A stretch of DNA of 64,000 bases from positions 23,740 through 87,739 of the forward strand of contig CAYUCS010000002.1 of the NCBI GenBank assembly GCA_964443495.1. The letters are read 5' to 3'. The stretch is from an uncultured Gammaproteobacteria bacterium (lineage in GTDB: Bacteria > Patescibacteriota > Patescibacteriia > Patescibacteriales > GWE2-39-37). Below, in pieces: positions 26,785-35,985 of the stretch; position 1 is the first letter of the stretch, and each line of letters opens with the position of its first letter. The notes under the pieces are model-generated. The model had not been told where the DNA came from, did no database searches, and worked only from the letters and a program-made list of their open reading frames with translations. The position numbers and the translations under genes are program-made.

Positions 26785-27771
26785 GTGAAAAGACTAATTA
26801 CGGGAATCAGGCCCACGGCAAACTTAACCGTTGCCAACCTGATCGGAGCCGCGGTTCCGTTACTCGATCTGCAAAAGAGCGATAACGAAATCCTGGTCTT
26901 CGTGGCCACGATGCACGGCCTGACCGACCACGAGCCCAATGAAATTATGGGCAGCGTCGATGAGGTCGTAAAAGACTACCTGGCACTCGGCCTTGATCCT
27001 GAACGGGTGACTATTTTTGACCAAAGGGCGGTACGCCGCCAAGTAGCGCTGCTGAAGCTTTATCTCGAGCGCCACATCACCGTAGCCCGAGCTTGCAGGG
27101 TGCCGACGCTCAAGGAAAAATTGCGCGAAGGACAGACGCCCGAGCAGGCCAACGTGCTACTGATGGGTTACCCCATCATGATGGCAGCCGATATCCTGCT
27201 TCAGGACGCGGAAATCGTTCCGGTCGGCAAAGACCAATATTCGCACATGGAAGTAGCTCGCGAGCTTACTGACGCCTTCAACGCAAAATACGGAAAGAAA
27301 CACCGCGTGTTCATCAGGCCGGAAACGCTTAACCGCGAAGAACCAGTAAACATCCTTGCGCTGGTCGGCGACACCAAGATGTCGAAATCAAAACCGGAAA
27401 GCGCTATTTTCCTGACAGATTCGCCTGCGGCAATCAAGAAAAAGATCATGAGAGCGGAAACCGCCCTCGAAGGCGAGATGTCGGAAAAGCTGGACAGCCT
27501 GGTCAAGATGGCCATCTCCCTCGCACCTCAACGCGAAGCTGAGGTCAAGTCCTTGATTGACAGCCACATGGCAGGAGAAAAGATGATGGGAAGTTTCAAG
27601 AAAATCCTCGTGGAGATTCTTACAGACTTCACCTCGACTTTCCAGGAAAAACGCTCAACGGTCAGCGATGGCCTCGTGCAAGACATCCTTGCCGCCGGCG
27701 CGCTGAAAGCCCAGAGCAACGCAGACAAAGTCCTGCTGCGTGTCGAGAAATCGCTTGGACTGATTCAGTAG
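26785..27771 (+). CDS. trpS: tryptophan--tRNA ligase
   Basis: TGIRPTANLTVANLIGA matches the TIGN-type HIGH region. It also has VPVGKDQYSHMEVARE and KMSKS. I start at the GTG at 26785 because AAGGAGG lies 8 nt upstream. The track ATG at 26746 has no SD and is only ~14 nt from the predicted TSS. Confidence 0.85.
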   Translation: MKRLITGIRPTANLTVANLIGAAVPLLDLQKSDNEILVFVATMHGLTDHEPNEIMGSVDEVVKDYLALGLDPERVTIFDQRAVRRQVALLKLYLERHITVARACRVPTLKEKLREGQTPEQANVLLMGYPIMMAADILLQDAEIVPVGKDQYSHMEVARELTDAFNAKYGKKHRVFIRPETLNREEPVNILALVGDTKMSKSKPESAIFLTDSPAAIKKKIMRAETALEGEMSEKLDSLVKMAISLAPQREAEVKSLIDSHMAGEKMMGSFKKILVEILTDFTSTFQEKRSTVSDGLVQDILAAGALKAQSNADKVLLRVEKSLGLIQ

Positions 27772-27780
27772 CCGTAAGGC

Positions 27781-27809
27781 GGGCCATTCGCAAGGATGGC
27801 CCTTTTTTT
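27781..27809 (+). terminator. intrinsic terminator-like hairpin immediately after trpS
   Basis: GGGCCAT-TCGCAAGG-ATGGCCC is followed by T7. Confidence 0.6.
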
Positions 27810-27817
27810 ATAAAAAC

Positions 27818-28915
27818 ATGCCGGAAAAAAAAGAAAAAGCAGCCAAAAATAGGTTTGAAAAACTGATTCGCGACGTCATAAGCGGGGACGACATAGACAC
27901 CGGCCTGCTTTCTGCCGTTTTCAAGGAACTTCTGGAACATTCCCTTGGCGAATCGAACGAAACCTCGCTAGGGGCGCTATTCGCGTCTTTGCAAACGCGA
28001 GGCGTTAAGGACGAGGAAATCGTGGCGCTGTTCAACGTCGTCCAGGACTATGACCGTATTCCGGCAGCATGCTCTTATGACCCCTGCTCGCTCTACGGCA
28101 TCGTGGGCAGCGGCAAGGACGAGTTCAAAACCTACAACGTGAGCACATGCGCGGCATTCGTGGCTGCCACGATGGGAATAAAAGTCGTAAAGAATGGCTC
28201 CCGGTCGGATACGAGCATGGCTGGAACCACGGACCTGCTCGAAGCGCTGGGCTATCCGGTCGATGCCGCCAACCATAATCACGACAGCTCCATCAAGGCT
28301 GCCAATATCGCGTTCAGCGATGCCCTGCCGCATTTCCCCTTGATGTCGAGGGAGTACGTCGGCAAGATCCTATTTTTAAACCCCTTGAGCTACGTCCTTT
28401 CCATCGCCAGCGGCATCGAATTCAAAAACATAGTATTCGGCGTTTCATTCGACGAAACGGAAAGGGTGTGCAAGCTTCTCCGCATGATCGGAATGAGGTC
28501 AGCCCTGGTCGTGGCCGGGAAAACGGACGACGGCAGGCACTTTGATGAGATATCGACCGTCGGACCGACCAAGATTTCCGAGCTGCGCAACGGTCAGATC
28601 AGGACATATGAAGTTTCCCCGGAAGAGCTTGGCCTGCGGAAGTCGTCACCTATCAGCATCGCGCAGCCGTCAAGCCTTGATGAGGCCAAAAAACTTTTTC
28701 TCGAAGTCATCACAGGGCGGGCCAAGCATGAGACTTCAAGCATAGTCGCTGCCAACGCCGGCGCGTTGTACTTTCTTGAACATGGTCCGGACGCGTCCGA
28801 CCTCAGGAGCAGCATCGCGAAAGCCCAGGGGGTCATAGATTCCGGCTCCACTTTCGAAACATTTAAAAAATTCATGGACTCAGCCGGCCGCGCCAGTACC
28901 GGCGACAAAGGATAA
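27818..28915 (+). CDS. glycosyl transferase family 3 protein, divergent anthranilate phosphoribosyltransferase (TrpD)-like
   Basis: GIVGSGKDEFKTYNVSTCAAF compares with the canonical GTGGDxxxTFNIST. VKNGSRSDTSMAGTTDLLEALG compares with the canonical KHGNR...GSADxLEALG. Both fold-defining motifs are present but substituted. Confidence 0.7.
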   Translation: MPEKKEKAAKNRFEKLIRDVISGDDIDTGLLSAVFKELLEHSLGESNETSLGALFASLQTRGVKDEEIVALFNVVQDYDRIPAACSYDPCSLYGIVGSGKDEFKTYNVSTCAAFVAATMGIKVVKNGSRSDTSMAGTTDLLEALGYPVDAANHNHDSSIKAANIAFSDALPHFPLMSREYVGKILFLNPLSYVLSIASGIEFKNIVFGVSFDETERVCKLLRMIGMRSALVVAGKTDDGRHFDEISTVGPTKISELRNGQIRTYEVSPEELGLRKSSPISIAQPSSLDEAKKLFLEVITGRAKHETSSIVAANAGALYFLEHGPDASDLRSSIAKAQGVIDSGSTFETFKKFMDSAGRASTGDKG

Positions 28916-28916
28916 A

Positions 28917-30167
28917 ATGACTGACCGAAAAACAACAACCGATGAGGTGGATAAGCTGAACGGGGTCTATTCCCACATGCTCAAGCATAGCCCCTTTTAC
29001 CGCGATTTCTACAAACGCTCTCCCAGCAGCCTTTCAAGCCTTGAAGACTTCCAATCCCTGCCGTTCATCAGCAAGAAGGTTTTGCAAGATGTAAAATTTA
29101 CCGACCGCTTATGCGTGGACATGAGACAGGTACGCGAAATCCATTATTCATCAGGCACGACCGCCAATCCGATAATCGCCGCCTACACCAGCCAAGACCT
29201 TCGAAACAGCCGGGAGCACTTGTCCGAAACCTGGAAGATGCAAGGAGTGGAACATGGAACAAGGTTTGCCATGCTGGCATCATACGGCCTTTTTTCGGCC
29301 GGACTGATAAACCACTATGCCATACAGCATGCGGGCGGCTTCACGATTCCGATCAGCAGCGCTAATTTGGAAAAAATCATCAAGGTGACCAAAGAACTTA
29401 ACCCTGAAATGGGCGCCGCCGTCTCATCTTTTTACATGTTTTTTATCGAACGTCTTCGGCTGGCTGGTGTGGACCCGCGAGAAATCGGATTCAAACGCCT
29501 TATTGCCGGCGGCGAATACCTATCAGAGTCCCAGCGCAAATACATCGAAAAGGAATTCGATGCCTTGCTTCTTTTCCAGTACGGCCTCGCGGAAATAGAC
29601 ACTGGCATTGCTGGCGAGTGCTCGTGCCAGAACGGGCTGCATCTTCTAAACGACTACACCTACGCTGAAATCATAGACCCTGAAACAGAAAAGCTCCTTT
29701 CTCCGGGAGACGAAGGAGAGCTTGTCCTCTCGCACATGTCGCGCGAGGCGACGCCGCTTCTGCGTTATCGCACGGGCGATATCACCAGGATACTGCCTGG
29801 CGCCTGTCCGTGCGGGCGAACCGCGCTCCGAATAGCGCCCATCAAAAGAAGGGTTGGTGACAGCCTCACCTACAAAGGATCTAATATCGACTTGGACGAA
29901 TTTGAATCGATTCTTGAGAAAACAGAAGCCATGAAACCCTTCCACCCGCACATCTGGCAATTGCGGCTCGAGGCATCCGGGGCAAAACGCAGCCTTGAAC
30001 TGAAAGTATTCCCATTAGGCAACGAGGTCGCGGACCTAACGCTGTTAAGCAGCCAGATCAGGCTGTCCGCAGGCGCGAATATCGCCGTTTCTGTTTTTAC
30101 GCAAGATGAGTTTTCTAAAATATCCGAAGGAAAGCTGAAAAAATTCATCGTAATCAACCAAGTATGA
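28917..30167 (+). CDS. PaaK-like adenylate-forming enzyme (phenylacetate-CoA ligase / F390 synthetase family)
   Basis: It has the IHYSSGTTANPI AMP-binding motif and YRTGD. The protein is 416 aa and starts 1 nt after the upstream stop. Confidence 0.75.
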   Translation: MTDRKTTTDEVDKLNGVYSHMLKHSPFYRDFYKRSPSSLSSLEDFQSLPFISKKVLQDVKFTDRLCVDMRQVREIHYSSGTTANPIIAAYTSQDLRNSREHLSETWKMQGVEHGTRFAMLASYGLFSAGLINHYAIQHAGGFTIPISSANLEKIIKVTKELNPEMGAAVSSFYMFFIERLRLAGVDPREIGFKRLIAGGEYLSESQRKYIEKEFDALLLFQYGLAEIDTGIAGECSCQNGLHLLNDYTYAEIIDPETEKLLSPGDEGELVLSHMSREATPLLRYRTGDITRILPGACPCGRTALRIAPIKRRVGDSLTYKGSNIDLDEFESILEKTEAMKPFHPHIWQLRLEASGAKRSLELKVFPLGNEVADLTLLSSQIRLSAGANIAVSVFTQDEFSKISEGKLKKFIVINQV

Positions 30168-31507
30168 CCATGGATGTAAAAACTATTGTCGCCGGCGAAT
30201 ACGTTCCCGACGGCACCCCTAAAGAAGTGGTGTCGCCTTTCGGAATGGAAAAAATCGGCATGATTGAAATGCTGGATGACCTCGCTGCGGAGCAGCGATC
30301 GGAAATCGCCGGAATGCCCGTCGCGACAAGCTACGAAAAAACGCTCGAGAGCCTGGCGGGACTGGCCGGCATCATAGAAAAGAAATCCGAAGAACTCTCC
30401 GCCTTGGCAGCCAAAGAAACCGGCAGCCCCATCGAATACCACAAAAACGACCTCGAGTGCGCCGTTGAGCTATTGAAGAACCTGGGGCGGATCCATGAAC
30501 TGGAGCAAAAATCATTCCGGTACGATCCCAAGGGGCGATGCTTGATCATTCCTCCGGCCAACCAACCCATCATCACGACCATCTTTACGGTCGCTACCGC
30601 CCTGCTCTATGGCAACAAGGTCACCTTCCGGCCTTCTTCTCGCACGCCCATGGCCGCCAATGAAATTATCCGCGCCTTTTACTCCTGCGGCATCCCGCCC
30701 GAGTCCCTGGCGCTGCTCGCTTCGTCAAACAGGCTGACTGAAGAACTTATCCGTTCCAAAGCCTTCGATGCCGTCATTTCTTTCGCGAGCAATGCCGTCA
30801 ACGCCAAAATAGCCATCTTCTGCGCAGAATCCGATACGGAGCTTCATGCCGAAAACGAGGGCTATGACTGGGCTTATGTCGACAGCAGCCTGCCATTCGA
30901 AACGGAACGGGCGGCTGACTTGCTGATCGAAAGCATGATCAAGCACAACGGCCAAATGTGCGATTCCATCAGAGGCATCGCCGTCCACCGGGATATTTAC
31001 GACGACCTCAAGCACAAGCTCGTCGCCAAGCTGTCACGCATCACCGCAGGCAATCCGCTTGATTCAGAAAACCGTCTAGGCTCGCTCCTTAGGGGAACCG
31101 GCGACCTGGCCGATGCATATGCTTCAAAAATCCACTCGTCCAGCACCCTCCTGCTGGACAAGGCTCCGTTGCAGCTGTTCGAAATTACCGGACTTTCAGA
31201 CGAAATCTGCTCACAAGCTCCTTTTGCGCCGATTATCTGGCTCTATCGCAGCGAACATCCGGAACATATCATTGAGAAGTGGAACGATGCCAACCCTTAC
31301 GGGCTCGGCTTTTCGATCTATTCCAGCAACAAGGAAGTGCAATCTCTTTTCGCAGGAAAAATACGCGCCGGAAGGATTAATATAAACGGCGGACACGCCG
31401 ATGTCGGCGTCTTCGACCCGTGGGGCGGCGTGCGGCGGAGCGGCTTCGGCGGCCCGCAATATTGGTTTGAACTATTCACCAATCGTAAATTCATAAGCCA
31501 TGGATAA
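30164..31507 (+). CDS. aldehyde dehydrogenase family protein
   Basis: It has ALDH fold motifs, including the catalytic Cys context NGQMCDSIRG and an ENEG-type general-base region. An ATGA overlap couples it to the upstream gene. Confidence 0.8.
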   Translation: MTMDVKTIVAGEYVPDGTPKEVVSPFGMEKIGMIEMLDDLAAEQRSEIAGMPVATSYEKTLESLAGLAGIIEKKSEELSALAAKETGSPIEYHKNDLECAVELLKNLGRIHELEQKSFRYDPKGRCLIIPPANQPIITTIFTVATALLYGNKVTFRPSSRTPMAANEIIRAFYSCGIPPESLALLASSNRLTEELIRSKAFDAVISFASNAVNAKIAIFCAESDTELHAENEGYDWAYVDSSLPFETERAADLLIESMIKHNGQMCDSIRGIAVHRDIYDDLKHKLVAKLSRITAGNPLDSENRLGSLLRGTGDLADAYASKIHSSSTLLLDKAPLQLFEITGLSDEICSQAPFAPIIWLYRSEHPEHIIEKWNDANPYGLGFSIYSSNKEVQSLFAGKIRAGRININGGHADVGVFDPWGGVRRSGFGGPQYWFELFTNRKFISHG

Positions 31508-32171
31508 TATCAAGATAGTGATACTTAGCGGGGCTTCGGCCGACGGGAAAACATCGGTCAGCAGGGGCAGCTCCAGCAAAGAGTTCGGCCAAGCCTTGAG
31601 CGAACGCATGTCTGAGCCGGTCAAACGCTGGCGCAACTGGTGCGATATCGTCATTGTCGGGCGCGCTACTGTCACCTGCGACAATCCGTCGCTGGTATCA
31701 GGCCTGAGGCCAGGCTCGGTTCGCGGGCTTATCGACCGTTTTCTTCAGCTCGATTACCATTCTCAGCGGAACATCCTGGATGACCGCACGCCTACGATCG
31801 TTTTTACGGCCCAGGAACCGACCGATGAATTGAAAGCGATGGCAGGCGTTGAATTCGTCGTCTTGAAGGATGATAATTTTTTTTCCGATCTGAAACAGGC
31901 CTTGTCGGACAAGGGGCTGGGCAAGGTCCTTTTTGAGTCGGGCGGGACATTGACTCCGCTCTTGCTGGAAGCTGGCATTGCCGACGAGATGGTTTTCGCC
32001 CACTTCCCTTTCATTGTTGGCGGAACCGCCCCGACCTTGTGCGATGGCCCAGGAATAAGCGGCATAGAACAGCGCCTCCGATTGGATTTGCTTGGCCTGG
32101 AAGAAATTGATGGCATGATTACGGCGCACTACCGGGTAAACTACGGCCAAGCGCCTGAAATTGACATGTAG
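31500..32171 (+). CDS. RibD C-terminal-domain (dihydrofolate-reductase-like) reductase
   Basis: VILSGASADGKTS, VIVGRATV and FESGGTLTPLLLEAGIADEMVF are typical of the RibD_C / pyrimidine reductase family. It overlaps the upstream gene by 8 nt. Confidence 0.7.
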   Translation: MDNIKIVILSGASADGKTSVSRGSSSKEFGQALSERMSEPVKRWRNWCDIVIVGRATVTCDNPSLVSGLRPGSVRGLIDRFLQLDYHSQRNILDDRTPTIVFTAQEPTDELKAMAGVEFVVLKDDNFFSDLKQALSDKGLGKVLFESGGTLTPLLLEAGIADEMVFAHFPFIVGGTAPTLCDGPGISGIEQRLRLDLLGLEEIDGMITAHYRVNYGQAPEIDM

Positions 32172-32239
32172 CGAATCTTGCTATATTATTGAAAACCGCT
32201 CATTCACATCTGACAAAATAACGACCAAGGAGGCAGGCG

Positions 32240-33223
32240 ATGAAAAATGACTCGCAGAAGGCCAATGCGCAAGGGTGTCCGCCGAAGTCGATCGGAGGAA
32301 ATCGGATTGTCGGCACGACCTATCACGAGATTGAAAGAATGACGCGGCCGATAAGCTGCCGGTCGATCATAAACGGATGTTATTTCCTGGAGCGCGGCAT
32401 AATGGCCTCCTTTATCAATTCTGACAACGGCCAAATCGCGCGCATCATGTCCGGACAGGAAAAAGTCGCAGTCGTGACAGGATTCGGCTTGACCGGAATG
32501 CCGCATCTGGGAACCAAGATAATCCGCGACGAGCTGGCATTCATGCTGAGCCTCGGGAACAAGGTTTACATCTGCGTCAGTTCGGCTGACGCTGTCGTTC
32601 GTGCCAAGTCGGCAATCGATGCCGAGCAAAGCGAATCGGCTTTGGCCGAATTCTTTTCCTCGCTTCAACTCCACCCAGGCTGCCGCTTCATGCGAAACGA
32701 TGAAATCATGCAAGTCGTCGAAAAGTCGCCTTGGAACGAAAAAGAGGCCGGGGCTATTTTTGAACGGATCTACGAAACGAGCTACGATAGCCCGAAAGGA
32801 AAAGCTCTTGCCTGCATGGCGAAATCTATCATAGGGATTTACTGTGGCCAGGCACCATCTACCCGATGCCTGGTACCGCTAGGCATAGATGAATTCGACA
32901 ATGCCAGCTTCGTCACGGCAACAGCGCAAGCCATCGGGCTACGTCCGCCCATCTTCACCTTTAACCGTATCGTGCCCGGGTACGGCACAATAAAGATGGG
33001 CAAAAGCATCCCCCGGCAAAGCCTGGTCATGTCCGGATCACCCGCCGAAGAATACGCCAAGATGGCGCCCTACATCGGTGATCGTGACCACGAAATCCAC
33101 GAACCATGCGCCCTTTGCAGCGCAATATTCTTTTCTGGACACGCGATAGACATTACAGATCGCCACGCCAGACGGAACGCCCACGACAACCCGGAAACAA
33201 TCATAAAGGAAATACTAGGTTAG
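32240..33223 (+). CDS. truncated class-I aminoacyl-tRNA-synthetase-like protein (TrpRS/TyrRS-like catalytic core, no anticodon-binding domain)
   Basis: VAVVTGFGLTGMPHLGT has a HIGH-like PHLG, LGIDEFDNASF resembles the class Ic GxDQ region, and KMGKS is KMSKS-like. AAGGAGG lies 6 nt upstream of the ATG at 32240. The protein is too short to hold a C-terminal tRNA-binding domain. Confidence 0.55.
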   Translation: MKNDSQKANAQGCPPKSIGGNRIVGTTYHEIERMTRPISCRSIINGCYFLERGIMASFINSDNGQIARIMSGQEKVAVVTGFGLTGMPHLGTKIIRDELAFMLSLGNKVYICVSSADAVVRAKSAIDAEQSESALAEFFSSLQLHPGCRFMRNDEIMQVVEKSPWNEKEAGAIFERIYETSYDSPKGKALACMAKSIIGIYCGQAPSTRCLVPLGIDEFDNASFVTATAQAIGLRPPIFTFNRIVPGYGTIKMGKSIPRQSLVMSGSPAEEYAKMAPYIGDRDHEIHEPCALCSAIFFSGHAIDITDRHARRNAHDNPETIIKEILG

Positions 33224-33289
33224 GTATTTTACCAAACGGGCCACCCTCCAAAGGTGGCCCTATTTTTATACGTTAACCATGGCGAGAAA

Positions 33290-35068
33290 TCATGCTTGCG
33301 ACAGGCTTTCCAGTTCTATTTCCAGCTCGATCAGTTTGATTTCGTCGTCATCGATCGCTTCTTTCAGCTCTTTCATCCTGATGTTGCGCTCGCGGTCGAA
33401 GCGATAATTGTCGGCTTCATACTCCTTGAGCAGCTTCTGCTCGGTCGCCTTGTTGAACTCAAGATTCTTTTGGATCTTGTCCTGCTCCCTCTTGATTTCT
33501 TTACGCTTTTCCTGTTTCAGCCTGCGCGCTTCCTTTTCTTCTTCCCTAGAAACCTTCGGCGCAGATTCCTGGGCGGCGCCGAGTCCGGCCTTGGTATAAA
33601 GGCTCAACAAATAATCTTCGTAATCGAGGCCGCTCAGCTTCACCCGGCCCTCGCCGACTTCAACGATCTTCTCCGCCACGCTTCGGATGAACTCGCGATT
33701 GTGGCTGATGAACAGGATGGTAGCCTTGCTCTTGGCCAGCGCTTGGCTCAACGTCTCGACCGTCTCGAAATCCAAGTGGTTGGTCGGCTCGTCCAGCAAA
33801 AGGACGTTGCATTCGCGCAGCAGCATACCGGCAAGGCACAGCCTGGCCTTCTCACCACCTGACAACACGGCGATGCTCTTCTTGATGTCGTCGCCGTAAA
33901 AAAGGAAATTGCCCGCTATCCGATAGACATCCTCGATGCTCGTATTCAGGCCGGCCTGCCGCTGCAGATACGCGCCGACCTGCTCCTTGGGGTCTAGCTT
34001 GCTCGTCACGTTCTGGTCATAATACGCGATCTTGGTGTGGGCCGGCCAAGAGAATTTGCCGGACAGCGCCGGCAAGTCGCCGCTCAGAGTCTTCAAAAAA
34101 GTCGTCTTGCCCTGGCCGTTGTCGCCCAAGACGGCCACATGGTCGCCGCGACGGATATCCAGCGGCGCAACCTCGGCCACCCGTTTGCCCGGATAGCCGA
34201 TGGCCAAGTCCTGCATCTGGATGGCTATCCCCTTCTTGTTCTCCACCTCCGGGATGATGATCCGCGCCGTCTTCAGCGATTGCCGGATCGCCACCTCCGA
34301 CAGGCGATCCATCTGCTTGATCTTCGACTGCGCTTGGGCGGCCTTCGAGGCCTTGTACCTGAACCGGTCGATGAACTCTTGCAGATGCTTCTTCTGCTGC
34401 TTGATTTTCTTGTTGTATTTCTCGTCCGTCTTCTCCTTCAGATCCTTGTAAGCCAAATACTCGTCCAAAGAGCACGGAAACCAATATAGCTTACCCTGAT
34501 CGACTTCCAGCGTCTTGTCACAGGTCGAACGCAAGAACTCCCGATCATGGGAAATGACCATATACGACCCGTGATAGGTCTTGAGAAAGGCCTCGAGCAG
34601 CAACAGGGTGCTCAGGTCGAGATGGTTGGTCGGCTCGTCCAAGAGGAGCAGATTGGGGTCGCGCAGCAGCATCGCCGCCAATTTGACGCGCATCCGGTAG
34701 CCGCCCGAGAGGTCGCTAACCCTGCTCTCGAGCAAGGCGTTCTTCAGCTGGAACACTCCCGCCATCTTGGCGCACTCCCAGCTCTCCTTGCTGCTATCAC
34801 GCTCCAGGAAACCGATGACCGTGTCACCGTCCTGGAATCGCTCCTCCTGTTCCAGGTAGCCGATCCGCGTGGTATCGAAGACGGCAATCTCCCCGCTATC
34901 GATTCCCTCTTCGCCCAAAATCATCCTGAACAGCGTCGTCTTGCCCGCGCCATTGCGCCCGATAACCCCGATCCGCTGCTTTTTGGCCACATAAATAGAA
35001 GCCTCATCGAAAATGACATGAGGCCCGAAGGATTTCGAAATCTTATTGATGTTTACCAATCCTGACAT
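33290..35068 (-). CDS. ABC-F family ATPase (two ABC cassettes, no TM domain) with C-terminal coiled-coil
   Basis: It has two Walker A motifs (GRNGAGKTT, GDNGQGKTT), two LSGG signatures (LSGGYRM, LSGGEKA) and two Walker B motifs (LLLLDEPTNHLD twice). Confidence 0.9.
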   Translation of the reverse strand: MSGLVNINKISKSFGPHVIFDEASIYVAKKQRIGVIGRNGAGKTTLFRMILGEEGIDSGEIAVFDTTRIGYLEQEERFQDGDTVIGFLERDSSKESWECAKMAGVFQLKNALLESRVSDLSGGYRMRVKLAAMLLRDPNLLLLDEPTNHLDLSTLLLLEAFLKTYHGSYMVISHDREFLRSTCDKTLEVDQGKLYWFPCSLDEYLAYKDLKEKTDEKYNKKIKQQKKHLQEFIDRFRYKASKAAQAQSKIKQMDRLSEVAIRQSLKTARIIIPEVENKKGIAIQMQDLAIGYPGKRVAEVAPLDIRRGDHVAVLGDNGQGKTTFLKTLSGDLPALSGKFSWPAHTKIAYYDQNVTSKLDPKEQVGAYLQRQAGLNTSIEDVYRIAGNFLFYGDDIKKSIAVLSGGEKARLCLAGMLLRECNVLLLDEPTNHLDFETVETLSQALAKSKATILFISHNREFIRSVAEKIVEVGEGRVKLSGLDYEDYLLSLYTKAGLGAAQESAPKVSREEEKEARRLKQEKRKEIKREQDKIQKNLEFNKATEQKLLKEYEADNYRFDRERNIRMKELKEAIDDDEIKLIELEIELESLSQA

Positions 35069-35181
35069 GATATTCTGGTTTTATCCATATTTGATTCAAT
35101 GCCCGTGAAGGCATGATTGACTTTATCACATCTTTAGTTCATTATACAAGAAATAATTTGATCATTCCAAGGAGGTGTACC

Positions 35182-35694
35182 ATGCAGTTTTGGCGAGCCG
35201 TAAACCTTACTCCAGGAAAACTAAAAACCTTGATCAGGCAACTCGAATGGGCGGACCATTACGAAATCTGCCGAGTCGAGTACAAGGAACCGAAGGGCCA
35301 ACCGAAGACGATGGTCTTCCAGTCCTGCGACAACTTCGTCAAGGAATACGTCCTATCACACGGAATCGAAGTCGAGCAAGGCGCCGAAAAGATGACCTTC
35401 CTGACCCTGCCGGTCATCGAGCCAGTCATCGAAGAGGGCGAGACCAACGACTTCAAGGTTGTCAACCTGACTGAAGAGAGCGCCAAACTTGCTGTCGGCC
35501 TGATTGCCTGGCACCTGCTCAAGACCGGATCCGGTCCCGTCGCCGTCTACTCGGAAAAGTATGCCGAGCCGGACAAGGGCGTAAACACGCGCCTGTTCCA
35601 CCAAAAAGACGTCGCACTGCTCGAAGAGCTGCTAGCCGCCGGCCTCCAGGTCGGCTACCAAGACTTCGACTGGACACCCTACCAACCCGCATAA
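35182..35694 (+). CDS. hypothetical protein
   Basis: The ATG at 35182 is preceded by AAGGAGG. The track ORF starts earlier at 35113. No motif was recognised. The hairpin GCCCCGA-ACCA-TCGGGGC plus a T-run follows. Confidence 0.5.
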   Translation: MQFWRAVNLTPGKLKTLIRQLEWADHYEICRVEYKEPKGQPKTMVFQSCDNFVKEYVLSHGIEVEQGAEKMTFLTLPVIEPVIEEGETNDFKVVNLTEESAKLAVGLIAWHLLKTGSGPVAVYSEKYAEPDKGVNTRLFHQKDVALLEELLAAGLQVGYQDFDWTPYQPA

Positions 35695-35985
35695 CGAACA
35701 AGGCCCCGAACCATCGGGGCTATTTTAATATTTAAAAACCCCGCTCCTGATACGCAGAAGCGGGGGGGCGACTCAAACGAGTCTTTGACTGATTACGCGG
35801 TCAAACGCGCCACGCACAGGTCGATAGTGCGAAGCAATATTTCTTCGACCTGCTTGCCTCCGGTAAAGACATTGGGCCGATCGAGCGGCGGCCAAACCGC
35901 TCAGCCGTCCAAGTCATGATGACCGTCGGGCCTATCCAGGGATACCGTTTTCCCATTCATGCAGAACTCGCTTGTCCTCTCTCTG

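Noticed and set aside
35700-35985. ~290-bp gene-free stretch of normal GC content between the hypothetical gene and the GapN-like gene. I considered a pseudogene or an RNA.
   Set aside because: I could find no convincing ORF remnant, conserved RNA motif or promoter. Only two terminator-like hairpins lie at its 5' end. The evidence is insufficient to call anything.
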